From an uncultured Deinococcaceae bacterium (GTDB taxonomy: Bacteria > Deinococcota > Deinococci > Deinococcales > Deinococcaceae): DNA of 64,000 nucleotides. Where the stretch lies: positions 64,001 to 128,000 of the forward strand of contig CAXULY010000006.1 in assembly GCA_964252075.1 (NCBI GenBank), in the 5' to 3' direction. The position numbers and the translations under genes are program-made. Each line of letters begins with the position of its first letter. Within the stretch, counting starts at the first letter, position 1. Positions 59,551 through 64,000 of the stretch are shown one piece after another. The notes under the pieces were generated by a model that saw only the letters and a list, made by a program, of their open reading frames with translations, searched no databases and had not been told where the DNA came from.

Positions 59551-59976
59551 GCGCAGCCCCGCAGGCCGGAACGGCGCGCCGCGGCGCGCAGGGCCGCCCG
59601 CGCCCACCACGCACCCATCACACCCACGGCATGGGCATGGACATCCCCTCGCCTCGCACCAGACCAGTATGCCCCGCGCACGCCCCCGGCATGCGGGCGT
59701 GGGGATTGACCAGGTCCTCTCAGCCACGGGCCAGCGGGCTCGACACCGGCGCCTCCACAGGGGGTCATGCGGTGCGGGGTCCGGCGCAGGGTCGGCAGGC
59801 CATGGGCTGATGTCCGGCGTGGAGCCTGCGGCGTCCGCGAAGGGCCGCCGTCATCACCCGCAGTGCTGACCCTCAGGCCTTCGACGCCCCGCACGCACGG
59901 AGTGGCACCTGGCAGGTTCGGTCAGGCGAGCGCCGTGGGTTCGACGCGCCGGGTCACCCAGGGTACCGTGTGGGCC

Positions 59977-60366
59977 ATGACGACCGAACCGCTCTTCCAG
60001 GCGGTGGACTGCCTGCAGGTGCCCGTACCGGACCTGGAGACCGCCCTTCGCTTCTACCGCGATCACCTCGGCCACGCCCTCGTGTGGCGCACCGCCACCG
60101 CCGCTGGCCTGCAGCTGGGGAACACCGGGACGGAGCTGGTGCTGCAGACCGCGCGGCCGGAACTGGAGCCCAACCTCCTGGTGGCGTCCGCGGACGCAGC
60201 GGCGCGCCGCTTCGCGGAGGCGGACGGGTCCATTGAGGTGGCGCCGTTCGACCTGCCCGTGGGGCGGTGCGCGGTGGTGCGGGACCCGTGGGGCAACCGC
60301 CTCGTGCTGCTGGACCTCACCGGCGGACTGCTGCGCACGGACGCCGAAGGGAACGTGATGGACTGA
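59977..60366 (+). CDS. VOC/glyoxalase family protein
   Basis: VPDLETALRFYRDHLG, GRCAVVRDPWGNRL; TACCGT-N7-ATG. Confidence 0.85.
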   Translation: MTTEPLFQAVDCLQVPVPDLETALRFYRDHLGHALVWRTATAAGLQLGNTGTELVLQTARPELEPNLLVASADAAARRFAEADGSIEVAPFDLPVGRCAVVRDPWGNRLVLLDLTGGLLRTDAEGNVMD

Positions 60367-60814
60367 GAAGACCAGGACCATCGCTCGGTGGAATGCAGTG
60401 GCGCACGTCTCCAAGGGCTGCTTGCACTAGGTCATCTTTGCGGAGGACCAGCTGGTGATGCTCGAGCGGGTGGCGGAGGGACCACCCTGGCGATCCCAAA
60501 CAACGCGGACGTGCCGCGTTCATTCGTGATTCCCGCGTCCTTCCCGGACGGCGCGCGGGTCCGCCGCAGAGGACGTGGTGGTGGTGGGGAGTTTGCTCTC
60601 ACTGCGGGCGCTTCCCGCGCGCAGCAGCTGGGCGCTGACCTTCGTTCGCGCGGACGGCCTTGGCGGAGGTGCGGTGACCGTCGCGGCGCGGCGGTGGTGT
60701 GGCGCCCGAGCGAGGTGTATCAGGGGCGCGTCACCCCGTCCGTGCGTTCGCTGTGGACGGCGCGAAGGCCTCTTCGCCTCCTGCTGTGCGGACAACCAGC
60801 GTGAGGAGCCGACG

Positions 60815-61698
60815 TTAGCGGTCCGCGGTGCGCTTTCCCGCCACGACCTGCGCGTGGTTCAGGGCCGCCACGAGGGACACGCCGCCCAGGATGTTCCCGA
60901 AGAGCGTGGGGAGCATGTAGTCCAGCAGGTACCCTCCGATGGAGAGGCCGCCCGTCACGACGAGGAACAGCACCTCCACGGACCCCGCGATGATGTGGCT
61001 GAGCTCCGCGAGGCCCACGACGAAGGTCAGGATGATGATGATGCTCACGCGCGCCGACTCGGCGGCGGGCAACAGCCAGACCATCAGCGCGATGAGCCAC
61101 CCGGCGAACACCCCTCGAATCAGCAGGGTGGGTGGCGCGTGCCCGGCGGCGTCCTGCCCGATCTGCGCGAAGGTCGCGCGGACGTCCTCGCTGAAGGCGT
61201 TGGTGTGCGCGATCACCAGGGCAAACAGCAGGGCGCCGACGAGGTTCGTGAGCAGCACCACGCCCCACAACCTCAGCATCCGCAGCAGCCGGGAGGCGCT
61301 GAACGACTGCATAAGCGGCAGGATGGGGGTCAGGGTGTTTTCCGTGAAGAGCTGTTGACGCCCTAGAATCACGATCAGGAAGCCGAGGCTGTACCCGAAC
61401 TTCGCGATGAGGGGGCGTCCGGCAGGTGGTTGCGCAGCAGCCCCTCCGCGACGAGGGAGAACCCCATGCTGAGGCCTGCGGCCAGCCCCGACCAGGCGAG
61501 GGCCGACACGGGCCGCTCGAGGTCCTCCTCACCGAGGTTGCGGATGACCTCATGCACCACCAGCGGCGAGATCGCCGCGCGCTCCTCCACCTGAGTGGCC
61601 TCCTGCTCGCCCAGCGGGAGGTCCGCCTGGCCCTGCGCGGGCTGGTCTTCCTGCGGGCGCCGCCCGTCGTCACGCCGCGCGCCCTTGCGGCCGTTCAT
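60815..61698 (-). pseudogene. Formate/nitrite transporter (YfdC-like), frameshifted near 61410
   Basis: 5' part WSGLAAGLSMGFS..LPDAP and 3' part LIAKFGYSLGFLIVILGRQQLFTENT..GNILGG are in different frames. Confidence 0.8.
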
Positions 61699-62167
61699 TC
61701 CATGCGGTTGGGGTGCTGCGTGCTGGTCGCCGTCTCTGCATACAGGCAGCGTGGCAGGCGCGCTCCATTTCGGGAGGCGTGCAAGCTGAAGGTCACTTGG
61801 TGGAGTTCCAAGGAATGCGCTTGTGGCGCTCAACTGCGCAACACGCGCCCCTCACGGACCCCAGGCGGACGAAGCGGCGTGATGGCCGGACGGAGACCCA
61901 AAGATGCCGCTGGTTCGCGGGTTCGTGGTGATGGACGGATTGCAGTCGATGACCTGACCGATCGCGCCGCCCATGGCGGCGTGGGCCACGCGAGTGGGTG
62001 AGGTGGAACATGAAGCATGACCGTTGAGTGCGCCCTGGCCGTCATCGCGACGACGCGCCGCTCTCGGCGCACCGCGCGTTGGCGGTCGAGGACAGCGCGG
62101 CCTACTGCAGCTCATTGAGCGGGTCGCCGCCTGCGTTGGTCGTCTCGCTCAAGGGTGCGTGGGACGC

Positions 62168-62821
62168 TCACGCGGCGCCCCGCACGGGTTCGCCCGTGAT
62201 CCGCACGACGCCGGGGTGATCCATCCGTGCGTCGTTGATGGCGCTGTCCAGGGGCAGCACCTCGTACACGTGCGCGGGCACCGGGTTCAGCTCGTCGCGC
62301 GATCCGGCCAGCCAGGCGTCCCATTGAGCGGCGGGGAGGACCAGCGGCTGGCGCTCGTGCAGCCAGGTCAGGGCGGGCTGGGCGGGGGTGGTGATCACCG
62401 CGAAGGTGGGTTGGCCGTCGTCGTCCGTCCACAGGGCGGCCAGCACCACCGGCTTGTGGTCCCGGCGGCGGACCAGGTACGGCAGTTTGCGTCCGCCCTG
62501 CGGGTTGGGGCGCCACTCGATCCAGCCGGTGACGGGCAGCAGGGCGTGACGCCGCTTCCAGGCATCCCGGAAGGCGGGTTTGCTTGCGACGGTCTCGATG
62601 CGGGCGTTGAAGAGCGCCAGCTGGTCGGCCTGGGCGCGGTTCATGTCTTCGGGCACCAGGCCCCAGCGGGCGGGGGTGATGAACCGCTCTCCGTCCTCGG
62701 CGCGCAGCAGGCCCAGGGTGGCGCTGCGGGTGGCGTTGTAGCGGGGCGCCACGCTGGGGACGGGGACGCCCAGCAGCGCCCAGTGCTGGGGCGTCAGGTC
62801 TGCGATCACTCGTCCACACAT
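62168..62821 (-). CDS. SOS response-associated peptidase (SRAP; HMCES/YedK abasic-site cross-linking family)
   Basis: N-terminal MCGR (catalytic Cys2), RYN, RWGL, FNARIET, EW, HERQP. Confidence 0.9.
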   Translation of the reverse strand: MCGRVIADLTPQHWALLGVPVPSVAPRYNATRSATLGLLRAEDGERFITPARWGLVPEDMNRAQADQLALFNARIETVASKPAFRDAWKRRHALLPVTGWIEWRPNPQGGRKLPYLVRRRDHKPVVLAALWTDDDGQPTFAVITTPAQPALTWLHERQPLVLPAAQWDAWLAGSRDELNPVPAHVYEVLPLDSAINDARMDHPGVVRITGEPVRGAA

Positions 62822-62842
62822 AATCGAATTCTAGCCGTTCAT

Positions 62843-62859
62843 TTACGCTAATTACGTAA
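62843..62859. promoter_or_regulatory. RDRM (DdrO box) upstream of SRAP
   Basis: TTACGCTAATTACGTAA covering the -35 region of a TAGAAT-N6-ATG leaderless promoter. Confidence 0.75.
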
Positions 62860-63136
62860 TTTGATGACGGTTTCTCTGGGGGGTCAGGCCCAGAGGTTCC
62901 CCTGTGCGTTCGTGTGGGTGTTCAAGGTTGGAATGGCCCCGCCAGGCGTGGTTGTGGATGCGCCCTGCGGCCATCACAGCGCGGTGGGGACTGGGATCGC
63001 ACCGAGCGCACGCCGGGTTCAGGGGAGATGTGCCTGCACCATCCCTGGGCAGCGGCGGCACGGTGGCGGTCCGCTTCGACCTGAACCGCTGCACTCCGGC
63101 ATCACCGCATCTGGCGGGCCATGTCACGCGCGCCCC

Positions 63137-63167
63137 TTGAGCTGGCCCTAGGGGCCAGCTTTACCTT
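63137..63167 (+). promoter_or_regulatory. MerR-type promoter (19-bp spacer with dyad)
   Basis: TTGAGC-N19-TACCTT with perfect 9-bp inverted repeat AGCTGGCCC-tag-GGGCCAGCT (63140-63160). Confidence 0.8.
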
Positions 63168-63173
63168 TGTCGT

Positions 63174-63992
63174 GTGCGTGACCTCATGCCCAGTGGACGC
63201 TTCGCTCAACTCGCGCGCCTGTCGCGAAAGGCGCTGCGCCTCTACGCCGAGCAGGGCCTCCTCCGGCCCGTGCATGTCAACCCAGACAGCGGCTACCGCT
63301 ACTACAGCCTCGGCCAGCTCGAAGACGCGCGCCGCATCAGCACCCTCCGGGCGCTCAACATGCCCCTCGACGTGATTCGCGAGGCCCTGCGAACGTGGAA
63401 CACCGCCGAGCTCTCGCGTCACCTCGAACAGCACCGCGAAGAGCTGCTGCGGCAGGCCGAGCGGGTCAACGCCGCCCTGCGCGCGCTGGACCACCTCGCC
63501 CTGCAGGCCGAGCCCACGTACACCGTCCATGTCAAGACGGTCGTGCCTCAGCCGTACCTCGGCCTGCGGCAATGGTGCGCGCCTGAAGAGGCGTGCCACG
63601 TGATTGCACGCGCGCAGGAGGTCCTCACCACCACGCTGCACGACGCGCTGCTGTCCGCACGGGGCGCCCCCCTGGCGCGCTACCACGACGAGCGCGAGGA
63701 CGCCTGGGACGTTGAGGTGTGCGTGCCCTTCGACGGCGCCGCGCCCGCCCGCCTGCCCGGATCCGTGACGACGGGCGAGTTGCCCGGAGGCGTGGCCGCG
63801 TACACCGTGCACGCGGGTGACTGCGGCGGCAGTCACGGCATGCAGGGCGCCTACGCCACCGTGTGGCAGTGGCTGCACGCGCACGGTCACGAGCCGCTCG
63901 GCGGCCCGTACGAGGTGTACCTGTTCGACGAGACGAACACGACCGACCCGGCGGACCACCGCACGGAAATTGCCTGGCTGATCAAGCCGTAA
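63174..63992 (+). CDS. MerR family regulator with GyrI-like effector domain (BmrR-like)
   Basis: GRFAQLARLSRKALRLY..GLLRP..DSGYRYY; C-terminal AYTVHAG..YEVY..TEI. Confidence 0.9.
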   Translation: MRDLMPSGRFAQLARLSRKALRLYAEQGLLRPVHVNPDSGYRYYSLGQLEDARRISTLRALNMPLDVIREALRTWNTAELSRHLEQHREELLRQAERVNAALRALDHLALQAEPTYTVHVKTVVPQPYLGLRQWCAPEEACHVIARAQEVLTTTLHDALLSARGAPLARYHDEREDAWDVEVCVPFDGAAPARLPGSVTTGELPGGVAAYTVHAGDCGGSHGMQGAYATVWQWLHAHGHEPLGGPYEVYLFDETNTTDPADHRTEIAWLIKP

Positions 63993-64000
63993 CGACAGCG

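Noticed and set aside
93..63959. Many long antisense or alternate-frame ORFs (e.g. 93..1760, 9464..11857, 15335..17659, 27101..29743, 38251..40758, 45878..48214)
   Set aside because: Arg/Ala/Gly/Pro-rich shadow frames of real high-GC genes; no family motifs

Overview
High-GC bacterial chromosomal segment. It is very probably Deinococcus (inference): it has two 17-bp RDRM/DdrO-type boxes and many TAnnnT-N5-7-start leaderless promoters. About 50 CDS are present: (i) a peptide ABC/peptidase operon divergent from an Lrp-formylglutamate hydrolase-GS-like-amidohydrolase (split FluG-like) operon; (ii) three secreted proteins; (iii) a five-gene STM4015-STM4011-type LRR/ATP-grasp/hydrolase/dual radical SAM operon, converging on an RDRM-preceded small protein-LRR/DUF6745-HAD operon; (iv) a ROK-ABC-GH31 locus resembling cycloalternan catabolism; (v) a full-length Bcs1-like AAA ATPase; (vi) a FadR-controlled glycan locus with two in-frame TAG interruptions; (vii) accessory genes (APH(6)-like kinase, MerR-VWA pair, frameshifted FNT, SRAP, MerR/GyrI). 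The most striking unannotated element is at 55.0-59.6 kb. Three tiny ORFs, each with an AAAGGAGG Shine-Dalgarno (MTEKCIF, MTEKCIF, MNDVIVFVIVF), lie behind a direct-repeat promoter and are followed by a hairpin, an MFS exporter and a convergent SARP/BTAD-NB-ARC-TPR regulator. This is a candidate micropeptide signalling system. No rRNA, tRNA, CRISPR or IS elements were recognised. All family calls come from motif recognition by eye; no database search was run.
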